The notes: generated from the letters alone by a model not told the origin. Shown: positions 47,610-62,340, numbered from the stretch's first letter. The stretch is 64,000 bases of DNA from Vicugna vicugna (GCA_013265495.1 MU058478.1:452032-516031); one strand, 5' to 3'. Numbers and translations: made by a program.

Positions 47610-48230
47610 ATCACAGGTGCACTTGAAAACCATATTCTGACATTTTGGGTGTTCTAGCCAAGATCAGTTAGGTCAATTATCTATTCTGCTCAAATTTTCT
47701 CTATTAGTATTGATTGTTTTTTAGTTCATTCTATCAGTTACTGATGAAAGTATTAAAATCTCCCACAATAATTATGAATATGTTTTCCCTTTTTATTCTG
47801 TTATATTTTGATTCAGTTAATGCTTTATATGATTATCATTCTTGCTTTATATTATTATATCCCTAAAGATTTATAATTGGATCCAATTTCTGGCTGTATT
47901 GCTCATATAGTCATTTTGAAAAGTCCCATTTAAATCTAGAAATGCCTTTTGCTTTAAAGTTGGCTTGGTACAACTCTACCAGCTTTTTTCTGTTTGGTGT
48001 TTGTATGTTTTCATTTTTCAACTTTCTAATTCTTACCTTTCCATTTCTTTAGATTTAACATGTGCCTCCTATCAGAAGGATATATTTTTATTTGATCCAG
48101 TGAAACAGTCTGTCTTAGTTAGAATATTTAAGCCATTAATATTTAATGTAATCACTGGTGAATTTAAATCTACAATATTATTTAAAAAATTGTTAAACCT
48201 TTTCCATATTTCTTTTAGCCTCTTTATTTT
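47610..48230 (-). mobile_element. Ancient L1M fragment
   Basis: ttctatcagttactgat..gtattaaaatctcccacaataattatgaat; atttaagccattaatatttaatgtaat. Confidence 0.6.
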
Positions 48231-51200
48231 TGGAAGACGGGTTAATAGGCTAGTTTAGCTGTGCTAATAAACACAGTCATCTTAATTCAGTTATAGATGG
48301 AGAAAATTTGAAGCTGGCATTCAGTCCCCATAAAAGTCAGTCTACTTTCCATTCACCTTTCTGCTTAAAATATCAACTTAGATATTTACCAAAGTTTTGT
48401 TCTGTGACAGGATCTGAACCCCAGTTTTTATGCTCCCAGTTAAGCAAATCTTACAAAATTCTACTAAGCTTCTGAGTCTCGAAAACTATATTCAGTGTGG
48501 GCAGTGCTTCAAAGAGGAAAAAGAGATTTCAAATGCTGGGCTCAACTGGGTCTTCCCATCTCTCCCAGATTTTAAACCTTTAAATTGTAACTTTTAACTT
48601 TCCGTAGAAACTCCAAACACATGTTTTCTTGGAAACCACTTTATCCAGTTTTGCTAGTCGTTTTCAGCAGGACAGATTGCACAAAATAATGCACTCTGCT
48701 ACTGCCACAAGCAGAAAACTCTGATCTGAATCAACTTTCAACCAAAGGCATGTGTTGAGCAATGGTGTTCATTCAAAGTCTAGTTTATTCTTGGGCTGAC
48801 TTCCAAAATTTCACTTTTCACGATTAGTTTGTTTTTCTCTAAGATATAAACTAATAAATATTGATTAGTTACAGGCCAAAGCATAAAGTACTTTTAATTT
48901 ATAACCCTCTTGAGCCATAATACCAATAACACTACCATTAATCATTTAAATCCACTTCTTTTTCTTATGTGAAATTTACAGCATTTTTTTGTGTGTGTGT
49001 GATAATAAAGGCTTTTAGTCACTTTGGAAATATTTGTAAATTCAGATTTTTCTTTCTCTTCCCTGGCTTCTCCCTAGAATAATATATTGGTTACTTAAGC
49101 TGACTCATTTCCTTGTGTCAACAGAAAGGAGGGAGGTCTCAGATCTACACCACCAAATGTCCCACCATTTTCTTGTGTCTTTCTCATACGTGAGTATTAC
49201 CCCCACCAGGTGATCACTGAGGATGTCAGCTTGTCTCTCCATTCAAGGAGATGTGTTGTCACCCATCATAGGGGAGGACCCAAGGCTAAGCCCAGAGAAG
49301 CGGAGGACCCAAGGCTTTTCTCCTTCAAATGCCCAATCACCTCTGTGCAAATTGAGGTTGAGTTCAGTTCACGCTGGACTTTTTTCCCTGTTGTGGGAGT
49401 TATGACCGATTGAGATCTGTCCTGTCCGGCTTTGCTGGTCTTGTCAGGAGCAGCAGTCTCTCCAACTTTCTGTGTCTTCAAGCTGAAACTGAAAAGTCTG
49501 CCTTATAACATGGGTTTATGTGCACTTGAACACAATGCTCTCCTTATTTGTCACTTCCTCTTCCTTTCCATCCAGGTATCCTTGTCTATGCACTCAACAG
49601 ACTGGGGAGACGACCTTCAATGTATTGAATGTGTTTAAAGCACAGCCCCAAGACATAACCATCTGATTTCTGAGAGTGTCTAACTGACCCACCAAAAAAC
49701 AGGGTAAATGTGAGAGAGACTAAAGCTTTGAATGACTTAATTTCAGTCTATATTGTCCAATCTCCCTGGTAATTCCCTGTAGCAGAAGCTGAAAGTCACC
49801 CCATCCTTACCTAATATCTTTTCATTTTCTAACTAATGCAGAAAAGTGAAGCTTTATATTTCTTGAACATAAAAGAAATGACTTCTTACTTTATTCCCCA
49901 GATCTGTCAAATACTCAGCCTTCCAACTGAGTGCAGAAGAGTCACATCTCCCTGCATATTTACTGAGAGCCGACGTCTTAGACTTGTGTCTCTTACATTC
50001 GAGTGGCTCTCCAAAGCACAGGGGTTGATGAAGTGAAGTGCCACATTCAGGGACTTGCAAATCTAAAGCAAAAATGCTTTCTGGGAAGTCGACTGAAATG
50101 CTTTCTTGACTGTGTGTGATGTGATCGCTGCTATGTTGGAAATATAAAGTTAATAAAAGCACAGTGGAGGGCAGTCTCCCATGCTTTTGTGCTTTATTCT
50201 ATCCGAGGGGAGGCTAGCTTTTGCAGTTCCAGTAAAGTATGATGCTGTTTCCATTATAAATTCCAATTTACATGAGTTTATAACACAGCTCTGACAATTC
50301 AAGATGGACTCCAATTTCCAAAGCGGCGTCAGCCCGGGAGCAAGATTTGAAATGACTTGTCTCCGTGATAGAATTCAAAGGAGGGGGAAAAAATAAAATT
50401 GAAGTTTTTTGACTGCCTGCCTTCTTTTTTTTTTTTTTTCGGATAAAATACATACCTATAATGAAATATATGTGCTGGCATATTGAATGCAGTCTTGCAA
50501 GTCATTTCTGTTGATTGTGTCCTGTAGGGCTCTGGAATATGATATTAAAATAATACGTTGCATCGTAGCAAAACTTTGAATGGCCTCAATAAACAGTCGG
50601 CACCAAAAATCTTACTTCCATCTAAATTCAATAACAGAATAGCGCAAGAAAAATTAGGATAAGGTGGCATAATTATCAATGGTGTAATGTCATTTATTAA
50701 AATTTATGTGAACTACTAAAGGCAAATAATAAGAATGCAGTTTTAGGGTCAAATACTAAGGTTGAATAAGGAAAGTTTAATTCCAAGAATTTGTTATTTT
50801 CTATTCTTGAATATTTGTTAACAACTGTCGAGGAATTTCTGGAGATTGGGGTGTGAAGATGTTTTAAATGATTCCTGCCCTTAATGTAATTTTTAGATGT
50901 TTTTATCTACCTATAGACATGCATCTCTTAACCAGCACCACAAGCGCACAGTCATTCTGAGGTCCAGGAAGATTTTTCACAATTTAAACCCTTAGCGTCT
51001 TCTTAAGGGACGTGTTGGAGCCTGCAGTTGGAATCCAGTGTCATTTTTCACCGGGACCAAACGTGTGCTGTTGGAACATGATGGTAATTCACTTCCAATA
51101 ATCTTGGCAGGTTTAGAAGCTCCAAACCTTACTCTGGCTCATGTCCCCATTTCACTGGGGACTTCATTATATCAGCGTTCAAAGGCCTCCTTTTTAATCG

Positions 51201-51370
51201 GCTCTGCCAGGCTCCTCAGGTGCTCTTAAGAGTATATGGGCAGAGTCCTCCCAGGGTATAATCATATCTGCCAGGTTTCAAAAGGAGCACTTTCCTGCTT
51301 TGGACCCAACTTCCCAACTTACAGGACCCAATTTGCAATTTCTCAGAATTGTACGATGGAGGATTTTGTA

Positions 51371-51930
51371 CATGAAGTTCCTTAAAAACATTGCTTTCAA
51401 TTAAAATGAAATGAAATGAAATAAAATAAAATAAAATAAAATAAAATAAAGTAAAATAAAGTATTTCATGACAGATATTTTTAAAACACTGATTTCAATT
51501 AAAATAAAATACATTTTATCATGACAGATTTTTTAAAAGCATTGATTTCAACAAAAATAAAATAAAATAAAACAAAATAAATTTTTTCATGTTAGTTTTT
51601 TTAAAAGGATTGATTTCAATAAAAATAAAATAAATTTTTTCATGACAGACTTTTTAAAAACACTGATTTCAACTAAAATAAAGGAAAATAATTTTTATGA
51701 CAGATTTTTAAAAAAGGATTGACTTCAATAAAAATAAAATAAAATGCAATAAAATAATTTTTTCCATGACAGATTCTTTAAAAAGCATTGATTTCAATTA
51801 AAATAAAATAAATTAAATTTTCCATGGTAGATTTTTTTTAAAAGGATTGACTTCAATTAAAATAAAATAAAACAAATTTTTCATGACATTCTTTTTTAAA
51901 AAGCATTGATTTCAATAAAAATAAAGTAAG
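51371..51930 (+). repeat. AT-rich minisatellite, 9 units, mostly about 52-70 bp (first unit longer)
   Basis: Unit: catgacaga-T-run-A-run-(g/c)attgatttcaa-(taaaa)n-T-run. Confidence 0.95.
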
Positions 51931-52689
51931 TGAAACAGATGTATCGGCTCTTTTAAGGAGAGTGTACTTTATACGTCTCTCTAGGAGAGTGGTTTCAAAT
52001 CCCTTCTCATCTTTCCCACTGCTTGCAGCAGTAACAGAATGTATCAGTTCCCTTTTGCCAACCCAGTTAACCAGGGAAGGCTTAAAATGTGGCAGCCAAA
52101 GACTTTGCTCACTTTTAAGGGCTCTTCATGGGGGTTGTGTGTTATATATAGTGCTGTCCTGCCTCACCTGGGTGAATTGAAGTTCCTCCTCCAGATGGGG
52201 CAGGAAGGGGTGGAACATGACGGTCTAGGATTTAGGGATGAGGGATCCAGGTCGAATCTCTCTCCATAAGATGGCAGTTCCAGAGGGAAACAGAAATTGC
52301 AAAAAGTGTGAGGCTGGAAAAAATCCAGGTGCACTTGGGTGAACTCTAAGAAGTATCAACTGACAGAGGTTTAAAGGTCCCACTGGGAGGAGTAAAATAT
52401 GGAGGTAATAATAATTTGAAGATACATTTGCAAATCTTTAATTCCAGATTATAGTGGCTATAATTTATTTTGAAAAATAAAGCAATATCACTATAACCTA
52501 ACAGCTGTATATAAATGAGCAGGACTTGAGAGGTAAATGTTTCAAAGCCTTTTTTTTTTATCTAATGGGTAAATTAAAATTAAACTTATTCTTTGACAGA
52601 GTATAATGTACTGAAGAATAAGATCCTATGCTTGTTCATATTTCCTCACTTCTCTCACAGAAAGCAATCGAATTAAGCATTTAGAGGAA

Positions 52690-53133
52690 AAGCAGACATT
52701 TTTTTCAAAGAAGGTATTCTGATGGCCAACAGGCACGTGCAAAGATGCTGGACATCACTAATCACCAGGGAAACGTGCATGAAGACCACCAGGAGATTCC
52801 ACATAACACCGGTCAGAATGCCTATCATCAAAAAGACAACAAATTCTCAGTGTTGGCGAGGATGGTGGGAAAATGGAAGCGACAGGTACCGTTGGTGAGA
52901 ATGGATGTTGATGCACCCACTATGGAAACAGTATGGAGGTTTGTCAAAACATTAAAAATAGAAATGCCATATGCGGTATGAAGTAATTTCACTTCTGGGT
53001 ATTTACCCAAATAAAACAAAAACACTAATTCAAAAAAGATACGTGCACATCAATGTTCATAGGAGCATCTTTTACCATAGGCAAGATATGGAAGCAACCT
53101 ACGCGTCCACCAATAGATTGAAGGATAAACAAG

Positions 53134-53183
<50 letters not shown>

Positions 53184-53615
53184 TAGTGGAATATTATTCA
53201 TCCATAAAAAATTAAATCTTGTCATTTGTGACAACATGGATAGATATAAAGGCTACTATGCTAAGCGAAATAAGTCAGACAAAAAAAGAAAAATACTGTA
53301 TGATCTCACTAATTTGTGGACTCTAAAAAAAAATAAAAATGAAGTGGAAGCAGACTCACAGATTGTCAGAGAAGGGAGGAGTGGGGGACTTGGGTGAAGG
53401 GGTTAAAGGGCAAACTTCCACAGAGAAAATAAGCCATGGGGATGTCATATAAAGCGTGAGGTAAATGGTCGATGGTACTGAAATAACCGTGCACAGGGAC
53501 AGCTGGCCACTAGGCTTACCGTGGTGATCATTATATCATGTGTGCAAATATCCGATCATTGTTTCATACATCCGATACCAACATACGATCATATTCATCC
53601 ATCTTTCAATAAAAC
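52690..53615 (+). mobile_element. L1 ORF2 C-terminus plus 3' UTR with an internal (TA)n(CA)n tract
   Basis: gatggccaacaggcacgtgcaaagatgct..catcactaatcaccaggg; tcatttgtgacaacatggat; terminal AATAAA. Confidence 0.92.
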
Positions 53616-53740
53616 GTTAAAAGTTAAGGAAAACACATTGAAGACGTTTCATAAAAACTGAATGAAAGAAAATAAAATAAAACACATGACAACACCAGTA
53701 CAGTTGGGGAAAGACCAATTAAAAGGATGCTATTGTAAGA

Positions 53741-53885
53741 GGGGAGGGTGCAGCTCAGCGGTAGAGCACGCGATTCGCATGCATGAGGTCCCCAGTCCCT
53801 CCATTTAAAAAAAATAAATTAAATAAATAAATAAATAAACATAGTTACTTCTCCCCCCCCAAAAAAATTTAAAGTAAACAATATT
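53741..53885 (+). mobile_element. Vic-1-like SINE
   Basis: ggggagggtgcagctcagcggtagagc..gcatgcatgaggtcc; imperfect TSD aaggatgctattgtaa/aagtatactattgcaa. Confidence 0.92.
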
Positions 53886-54074
53886 TAGAAGTATACTATT
53901 GCAAAGTTCACATTATACGTAAAGAAGTGTAATAATTTGAATGTGGGTGATCATATGTTAAAGATGTGTTGTAAATGCTACAGCAAGACCAAAAATGTTA
54001 GAGAAAATGGTGCAGCTAATTAGCCATAGTTGGGGGGGGAGTGGATCATAAAATCAAATATTCAATTAACCTAA

Positions 54075-54256
54075 AAGGGATAAATTGGGATTTTGAGATT
54101 TGCAGGTACTGACTAATATATATAAAATAGATAAATAAGTTTATACTGTACAGCACAGGGAGCTATATTCAATTTCTTGTAATAATCTACCATGAAAAAG
54201 AAAATAAAAATAAATATATGTATATTCATGTATGACTGAAGCATTGTGCTGTGTAT
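54075..54256 (+). mobile_element. Camelid-type L1 3' UTR fragment
   Basis: Homologous to 10250-10430. Confidence 0.88.
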
Positions 54257-56147
54257 AAAGAAAAAAGAAACAGACTCAAAAAAATGCATAGTTAATATCT
54301 CCACTTATGTTCCAGGTTGGAAAAGACAATGTCGGAAGCTGGGGAGATTAATGTGTGCAAATTGTATCTTAATAAATCTAACTTTAAAAATAAAATGAAG
54401 TCTCTTTCAGTCGTCCCTACCATGGAATAGGGTAGGTCTTTGCACCCTGGAAACAAAACCTAGCGTTTGTAGGGAACAGCACTGTACAACTTTATTTCCA
54501 TCCACCATTGAGTGTATGGCTGTTTACGCATGAAGAGTTAACCACATTGTCTGTTCTGGATAAAAATCTTTTTTTTATTTAAATTTTACAATAAGGTACA
54601 ATGGTAAAACTAAACCTCTGGTGAAAACTTATGGGTAAAAAATAATTTCTATCCTAAGGAAACTTTGCAACGAATAGAGTAAGCCAAGCCAGATAACTTT
54701 AGGTTTGATTTTTTTCATCATTGGAACAGTTAAATATTATGCAGCAAAAGCTGTTTCCAAAACATGAAAAGTGGGTGTTATTTTTCAAAGACAGTCAAGA
54801 TTTTCGATTTTAAATGTATATCAACAATTCATTTCAGTCACTTTCCCAGAAGCTGCAATCAATCTTTGATGACTTTGGCCCTTGAATGGCCAAATACCTT
54901 AAATTATATGACTGGAGCGTGTATTGTGTAAGAACGTGCATTGAAATCTATTAAAATGGAAAGGATCTTCTCAGGCATAGTTAGCTTTGTTTGATGTCTT
55001 GTGTCTCACTAAGCCTATAATGAGGACAAAATTATACAAAGTTCATGAGTCCGTGGCCAAAGCAGCCGCACCACATACTTCATTTTCAAATATGAACTAT
55101 TTGAAGATGACAATATTCCAAATGTCACATGATTGTCAGTTCATTGGGGGGTCTTTTTGCTCTTTAATTGTTTCATTAAAAATATTAGAGCTTCAAATTT
55201 CATCTCTCCTCTGGTAACATCATTGCAGATTCCTCTGCATTCAAGCAAAGGGGGATCCTGACTCTACAAATAAGTGTGTCTTTGACGTCCACCACGTAGG
55301 ATCAGCAGTGGGAATGTCAGAGATGGCGGTAGGCAATGGTGGAGCCAAAGGAACATTGTTTTCATCAAGTTATTACTGGTCTTATAAACAATCAGAATAA
55401 GTATGATGCATTTGAAAGAGAAATCTTTACAGGGCATCCGTTATATTTCTTAAATATTAAATTGTATACTTCTTAAATATTAAATATCAAAGTATTGCAT
55501 TTCAGTTTAATGGAAATTCTTAATAGGATAATTGAGAAAATCACAGGAAAAAAAATGTTTATTCGTATCCCATGATCAGAAAAATAAAATGTAAAATTTT
55601 TCCTGTGTATGTGTGTAGTGTTGCATAATTGGGAATTTTTTAAATTTTTACTTATCCAAAACAACATTTTGTAGATTATTGAATGAAGAAGACAGTATAA
55701 TGTATTTTCTGGGGATTTTGGAGGGTACATTTGAGCAAAAGTAACAAACTAGGCGGATTTAGGCAGAAATTAGTTTTGCTATTAAAAGTCTTGTGGCAAA
55801 ATATGTCTTTGCATATAAAATTCTGTTTGCATTTTGAATTATTGAGATAATTTCTTAAAAGTGAAACTTTCAGGTCAATACAAAAGAATATCTTTTAGGA
55901 TCTTGATACATATTTTCAAATTTTTAGAAATAATGTGTATTTAAGGTTTTAAAACCAATATATGAATATTTTGTGTCATGGTACCTTGTCAATTTAATAT
56001 TTGTAATTAAAATTCAACTCTATAATTTAAAGGTTTTACTGCTTATTTTTTGAATGCTATGTTTTATTATATATTAAAGTGTTTTTCTATTTATCACCTA
56101 GAACTTGTTGCTTTTTACCATTTACTCATATGGTCATATATAGATAT

Positions 56148-56148
56148 A

Positions 56149-56181
<33 letters not shown>

Positions 56182-56216
56182 ATATATGTGTATATATATG
56201 TATATATATATATATA
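56148..56216 (+). repeat. (TG)n(TA)n compound microsatellite
   Basis: Seen directly. Confidence 0.93.
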
Positions 56217-56805
56217 AAGTATTTCTTTTTTAATTTGTGTTAATGGACTCAAAGTTCATGTTATTTTTTGCCTCTTTTTCTTGGTCAAAATTTCATTTGA
56301 AATCCATTTATGTAGTTTTCTGCAGCTGTACTTTGTGAATATTTACTCTTCTCCAGTATTTTATTGTATTTATTGTTAAATAAATTTATTTTTTTCATGC
56401 TCTTGTTGATGGATATTTCTGTTTCCATCCTGAATTACAATGTATATATAATACTCCTGTGCACATTCCTGTGAACAGGACTCTGCCGTGCTCTTGGGAA
56501 GAGAAATTCAGGGACATCATTTTCATATTTAATGGATGATGTGAAACATTTAAGGTGGCACCACCAACATTATGCATTTATACAGTATTCACACAAGCAG
56601 TTTTTGAGAATTCCTGTGGGTCCACATTTTGACAAATATTTTTAAAATTATCATCATATAAGTGACTGAACAGAGATATCAGATTTATAATTTTGTTTGC
56701 CTTTCCCTGGTGGGAAATATGATTGAGCATAATTTCTTGGTGTTAGTACCATTTGGATGTGCCAATTTGGGAACTTTTGGTTCAGGAGTGTGTGCTCATG
56801 TGTGT

Positions 56806-56806
56806 T

Positions 56807-56849
<43 letters not shown>

Positions 56850-56861
56850 CAGAGACAGAGA
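56806..56861 (+). repeat. (TG)n(AG)n compound microsatellite
   Basis: Seen directly; lies in ancient L1-like sequence. Confidence 0.93.
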
Positions 56862-57589
56862 GGTTATTCTATGATTTACAACATACACCTTTATCCTGTA
56901 ACACTCAAATATCAATGGTACTGTATCATCCCAACCCAGTATGAAAATTACACCAGTTTACTTTCATCTCTCTTCCCTCTTTACCCCTTAGGCTACAGTT
57001 ATCACAAATATATCCACACATATCTGTATGTGATTATCATATATTTATATATGTGATAAACCAGACCAAACACTTTCATTAATTCAGAAAACTATCACCA
57101 TCATTTTATCATATATGCTTTCTATTATCTCTTTGTCTTCTTGGATTGCATTTTTTCATCTTTTAGATTGCTTCATATTTTTCCACTGGCAGTTGAGAGA
57201 CTCTGGTTAATTTTTGCAATTGTATTTCTTGTTGTAATTGATTTTGTTAGAGTTTCTTCATCATTTTCAGACCCCATTTACCTGCAGTCTCTAATAGGAT
57301 GCTGCTAATACTACCCAGTTTATATTTTATTCCAGATTATTTATTTTCCGTCACTAGAAGTGATTTTAAAGTTGGAAGTTATTCTGAGTTCTGGATTCCA
57401 AACAAAAATGATCAGGCATGCAAAGAATGAGGGAGATATGATTCAGTCAATAGATTCTGAAACAACAGATCATGACACTAACAAACAATGACACAAATCA
57501 TATTACAAATATATTCTGTATGTTAAGGTAATAAAAACATAACCATGGTAAGATTCCTTGTTACTGATAGAAACAGTCACTACAGATTT

Positions 57590-59000
57590 CTTTTTTTAAA
57601 TGATATATACATATTTTTAAAAATCTTACTGAAAGTATAGTTTGTAATGTGTTAGTTTCAAGTGGACAGTAAAATGATTCAGTTATAAACATATACACAC
57701 ATATATATATTTATTCTTTTTCAAATTCTTTTCCATTACAGGTTATTATAAGATATTGAAGGTAGTTTCCTGTGCTATACAGTAGGTCCCTGTTGAGTAT
57801 CTATTTTATAAAGTAGTGTGCAACTGTTAATTCCAAACTCCTAATTTATCCCTCCCCGACATCCCTCCTTGGCAACCATTAGTTTGTTTTCTGTGTCTGT
57901 GAGTCTACTTCTGTTTTGTAAATAAGTTCATTTTTATAATTTTTTTTAGATTCTGCCTATAAGTGATATCATATGGCATTTGTTTTTCTCTTTCTGTCTT
58001 AGTTCACTTAATACGAAAATCTCCGGGTCCATCCATGTTGTTGCAAATGGCATTATTTTATTCTTTTTTATGGCTTAATAGTATTCCATTGTACAAATAT
58101 ATCACAGCTTCTTTATCCAGTCATCTGTTGATGGACATTCAGGCTGCTTCCATGTCTTGGCTGTTGTAAATAGTGCTGCTATGAATATTGGGGTGCAGGT
58201 GTCTTTTTGAATACATTTTTTTATCTTTTCTAGATAGATGCCCAGGAGTGGGATTGTTAGATTATTCTATCTTTAGTTTTTTAAGGAACCTCCATACCGT
58301 TCTCCATAGTGGCTGCTCCAATTTACTTCCCACCAGCAGTGTAGGAGGGCTCCCTTTTCTCCACACCCTCTCCAGCATTTATCATTTGTAGATATGTTGA
58401 CAATGGCCATTCTGACTGGTGTGAGGTGATACCTCATTGTAGTTTTGATTGGCATCTCTCTAATAATTAGCAATGTTGAGCATCTTTTCATGTGCCTGTT
58501 GGCCATCTGGATGTCTTCTTTGGAGAAACGTCTATTTAGTTTTTCTTCCTATTTTATGATTGAGTTGTTTCATTTTATTTTGTTTTGTTTTGATATGAGC
58601 CGTATGAGCTGTTTGTGCATTTTGGATATTAACCCCTTGTCAGTAGCATTGTTTGCAAATATCTTCTCCCCTTCCATAGGCTGTCTTTTCATTTTGTTTA
58701 CCGTTCCCTTTGCTGTGCAAAAGCTTTTAAGTTTAATTAGGTCCCATTTGTTTATTTTTTATTTTATTTCCATTACTGTGGGAGACGGATCCAAAAAAAT
58801 ATTGCTGCAATTTGTGTCAAAGTGTGTTCTGCTTATGTTTTCCTATGGGAGTTTTATAGCATCTGGTGTTACATTTAGGTCTTTAATCTATCCTGAGTTT
58901 ATTTTTACACGGTGTTAGAGAATTTTCCAGTCACTCTTTTACAGGTAGCTGTCCAGTTTTCCCAGCACCACTTGCTAAAGCAGAGACTGTCTTTTCTGCA
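57590..59000 (-). mobile_element. 5'-truncated artiodactyl-type L1 (ORF2 C-terminus plus 3' UTR)
   Basis: Minus ORF 58273-58506 [49 protein letters not shown] matches the L1 ORF2 cysteine-rich domain. Confidence 0.95.
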
Positions 59001-59049
59001 TAATAGAAGCTTTGCCTCAAAATGGACTGATAATAAGACAGTCCTTACA

Positions 59050-60650
59050 GGTTTCTTACGATTAGTGTATGTCTTTTAATTTTTTTCCATCTTTAGATGT
59101 TTATCTCTCTCTGTCATTATTATAAATTTGTGAATATTATAGCTTTTATCCAGTCTGATGTCATTATCTGCATTTTAATTTGGGTAGCTAATTCTTCACA
59201 TATAATCACATATACATTTTTGATTTTTAAGGTACTATTTCCTTGTTTTCAATTTGTCTAATATATATTATTTTTAAATTATTTTTATATATATATATAT
59301 AATTATATAATTAAAAATTATTTAAATTATTCCCTGAATTCTTTAATGAGCTTAATATTCACAGTATTCTATTTTAAACACTAGTGTGTTTTAGCTATAT
59401 GTATATTTTTGGACATATTATTGCATATATATTAATAAACTTATGTTCATTTTTCACAAGTTAGCATTAATAGCACTTTTCATATAATGCCAAAACCAGA
59501 AGCAAATACCCATTTACCCCCTGACTAGGTTTTTGTGTTAATGTCATCACACATGTTATACCTACATATATTATAAACTCCTTAATGCATGATTATTAAT
59601 TTGCCTTTTAACGGTTAATTTTCCTTTAGAGAAATTAAGGTATATGAACATTAGAAGGTTTTGTAGCAGTATGTTTACAATATTCAGTGCTCTTAAGCCC
59701 TTTATTTAGACCTAAATTTTCATCTGTTATCATTTTTTTCTCAACCTAAAAAACTCCCTTTATTATTTCCCATAATGAACATTGGCTGCTTAAATAGTTT
59801 CTCGAATCTTGTATATCAAAAAATACAAAAAATAAATTTTTTGAATTTCCAAGTTTGCAAAATATATTCTCTGCACTGGTTGCATAGTTTTTTTCCCCTT
59901 GTTTCACTTTAATGGCGTTCTTTTTTTTTTTTTCTGATTTGCACTGTTTTCAATGAGAATTAGTGGATTTTAAATTATATTCTCCGAGTGTAACTGTCTT
60001 TTGTTTTGCCCTAGTGAGCCCTCGTCTGGTTATGCAAGCCTTTTCTAGGTTGGGATATATGGAGCCTTTTGGATCTGTGTGAATTTTTTTCTCTATTTGG
60101 AAAAAAAAAATCACCTACTATCCTAATATTTTTTCCTACCCTCGTCTTTCTTTTCTTTTTCCTCTTCTTCTGGATCTCAAATTACACATATGCTTGATAA
60201 TGGCATTGCCCTCAGGTGGTCATGATTTCGTTCATGTTTTTCACCATTTTCCCCCATCCTCTTGCTCTCAGCTCTTTTCATCTGCAGTTTCCAGTATGTT
60301 GTTAGGTCCCCTGAGTGATTCTTTTCCCCACATATTCTATTTTCCAGTCCTAGAGTTTCAATTTTGTCCCTTTCTATTTTTCTGCTAATAGAATGCTCTC
60401 TTCACTTATTATGTTTTTTTTTCTTGCTTTACTTCCATAAACAGGGATATATTATCTTATCTGCTATTTTCCTGGTGTCCAATGTATTAGCCCCAAATTT
60501 GGGCTTAAGGCATTTATTTTTGTGTTTTATGCCTTTAAACGCTGTTGTTGATTTCTTGGAAGGTAGTTAATTTCCACTGACTTTTGAAGTTTGTTTACAA
60601 GCCTTAGCAGGGGCAGTTCAGATGAGTTTGACATGGGATTTCTCTAATAC
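59050..60650 (-). mobile_element. Ancient L1M fragments
   Basis: T-rich, decayed antisense L1-like sequence (gagccttttggatctgtg, tctcttcttctggatctcaaattacacatatg). Confidence 0.5.
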
Positions 60651-62340
60651 CCAGATGTTCTGAGTGTCCCATCCCGCGTACCTCTCTTTCTCTGCCGTTT
60701 CTGGTCATCAGATACCTAGCGGGTGATCTCTGTCAGGTGGCAGAGCACCCCTCTCCATGCACAGATAAACCCACCACCAAGGACTCCCAGGTAACTCGAT
60801 GCCACCCTATGCAGCCCTGTCTCCTCCACCCCTGCACCAAAGCCAGCTGTCTCAGCCTCCCCGAGCTGCCTTCTCCGCCTGCTCTCCTTTGCAGGATCAT
60901 TTTATTCCTTTTAACCACGTCCGTCTGTGATTCAGTCTAGAATTTACTTCTAGCCAGAAAGCCACCTTGACATCTTGCCTGGTTCCCCTTACTCAGAGAT
61001 GACATTCTCCCATATCTGAAAGAGCTGTTTCACACCCTCCCCAGGTGCCTAATTTTTAAAGGCAGAGTGGCTAGTCCAATAATAGCTAATTCATTCTGCT
61101 CAGAATTACCTATAGCCCTTGTCAGGTTTTTTTTTAAATAACCATGTTATTTATGATGGACCATAAAAGAAAAGCATGGAGGTGAGATCTTTTATCTCAA
61201 ATTCTCTGGAAGAGCTTGTGCTGTATTACTGATTTCTGTTTAATGACTTAATGGAATTCACTGTTGAAGTCAGATAAGTTTGGGATTTTTTTAAGGTACT
61301 TCTTTGCTACAAATTCAATTCCGTTAATAGATGTAGGACTATTAAGTCATTAAGAAAGAATTACAAAAGCCCTGAAAAGAAAAAAATTAACAAGTTGCTA
61401 TAAAAGAAAAATGTTTGCCTCCAGAATTCTACAAATATCTAATATCCACTGCTTCAGAGGATGGTATATTGTGAAGCAAATATTCTGTCCTCAGATAGAC
61501 CATCATTTATGTGTGGGAACAAAGGAGCTTAGACAAAGCAAGGACTAAGAAACTAAAACACCCGCATATCCTTTCCGAAAAAATTACTTGAAATATTTCA
61601 GCAGCTCGAGAGATGAATGAACCTTTCAAACCAGTCTTTTTATTAAAAAAAAAAAGATTGAGAATGAACACAAGGAAAACTTTTAAAAATTGGACATAAG
61701 CTTGAAGAACAGAATAAAAAATAACATGATAGAATTAAAAGCATATTTATCTTCATTTACTACTATACTGTTATTGCATAAGGAACGAAGGTTTAATCTC
61801 AAATTGCACCTCAGTGGTAATGAGACAGAGCTAAGTTAACTTCAAACTGAGTGACTTACATACGAGAAATGGGCAAAGAATTCCAGCTGCAAATGATGCA
61901 AATTCCATAAGTAGGCTTATTCCCCATGGCAAGAACAAAGGGCAGCTGGACCCCAGCCTTACAGCAACCCATGTAGCCAAAAATGTTGATTCACTGTCCC
62001 ACCTTGGGGACTGGAGGTGAGTACAGCTTGCTTAAATCAGAAAGAATGTTTTCCTTCTTAAAAAAAAAAAAGGGGGGTAGCCCCAGAAGAATGGGGAAAA
62101 ACAGAGCTCTGAACCAATAAAATAACAAACTCAGAAAAAAAAATGAGGGGGGAAATTTACAAACCCTCAACTATAATTATTTACATTTAATCCATTTCTG
62201 TGTTTCTATATTCTATGTTGTAAACTATAATTTAAAAAATCACATACTTTAAAAGTAATTATGAATTATAGCTTTTTAAAATTACAATATAAAGAACAGA
62301 GGACATTTAAGTTAATACTTCTAAAATAAAGTGCCTTAGC

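Noticed and set aside
49272..49316. 15-bp direct repeat ggaggacccaaggct
   Set aside because: A small local duplication with no further structure
51371..51930. CRISPR-like repeat-spacer array
   Set aside because: The spacers are low-complexity TAAAA runs, not unique; the context is eukaryotic and there are no cas genes
58445..58918. 157-aa hydrophobic ORF; similar ones at 23325 and 16498
   Set aside because: Antisense reading of L1 sequence, a common false membrane-protein signal
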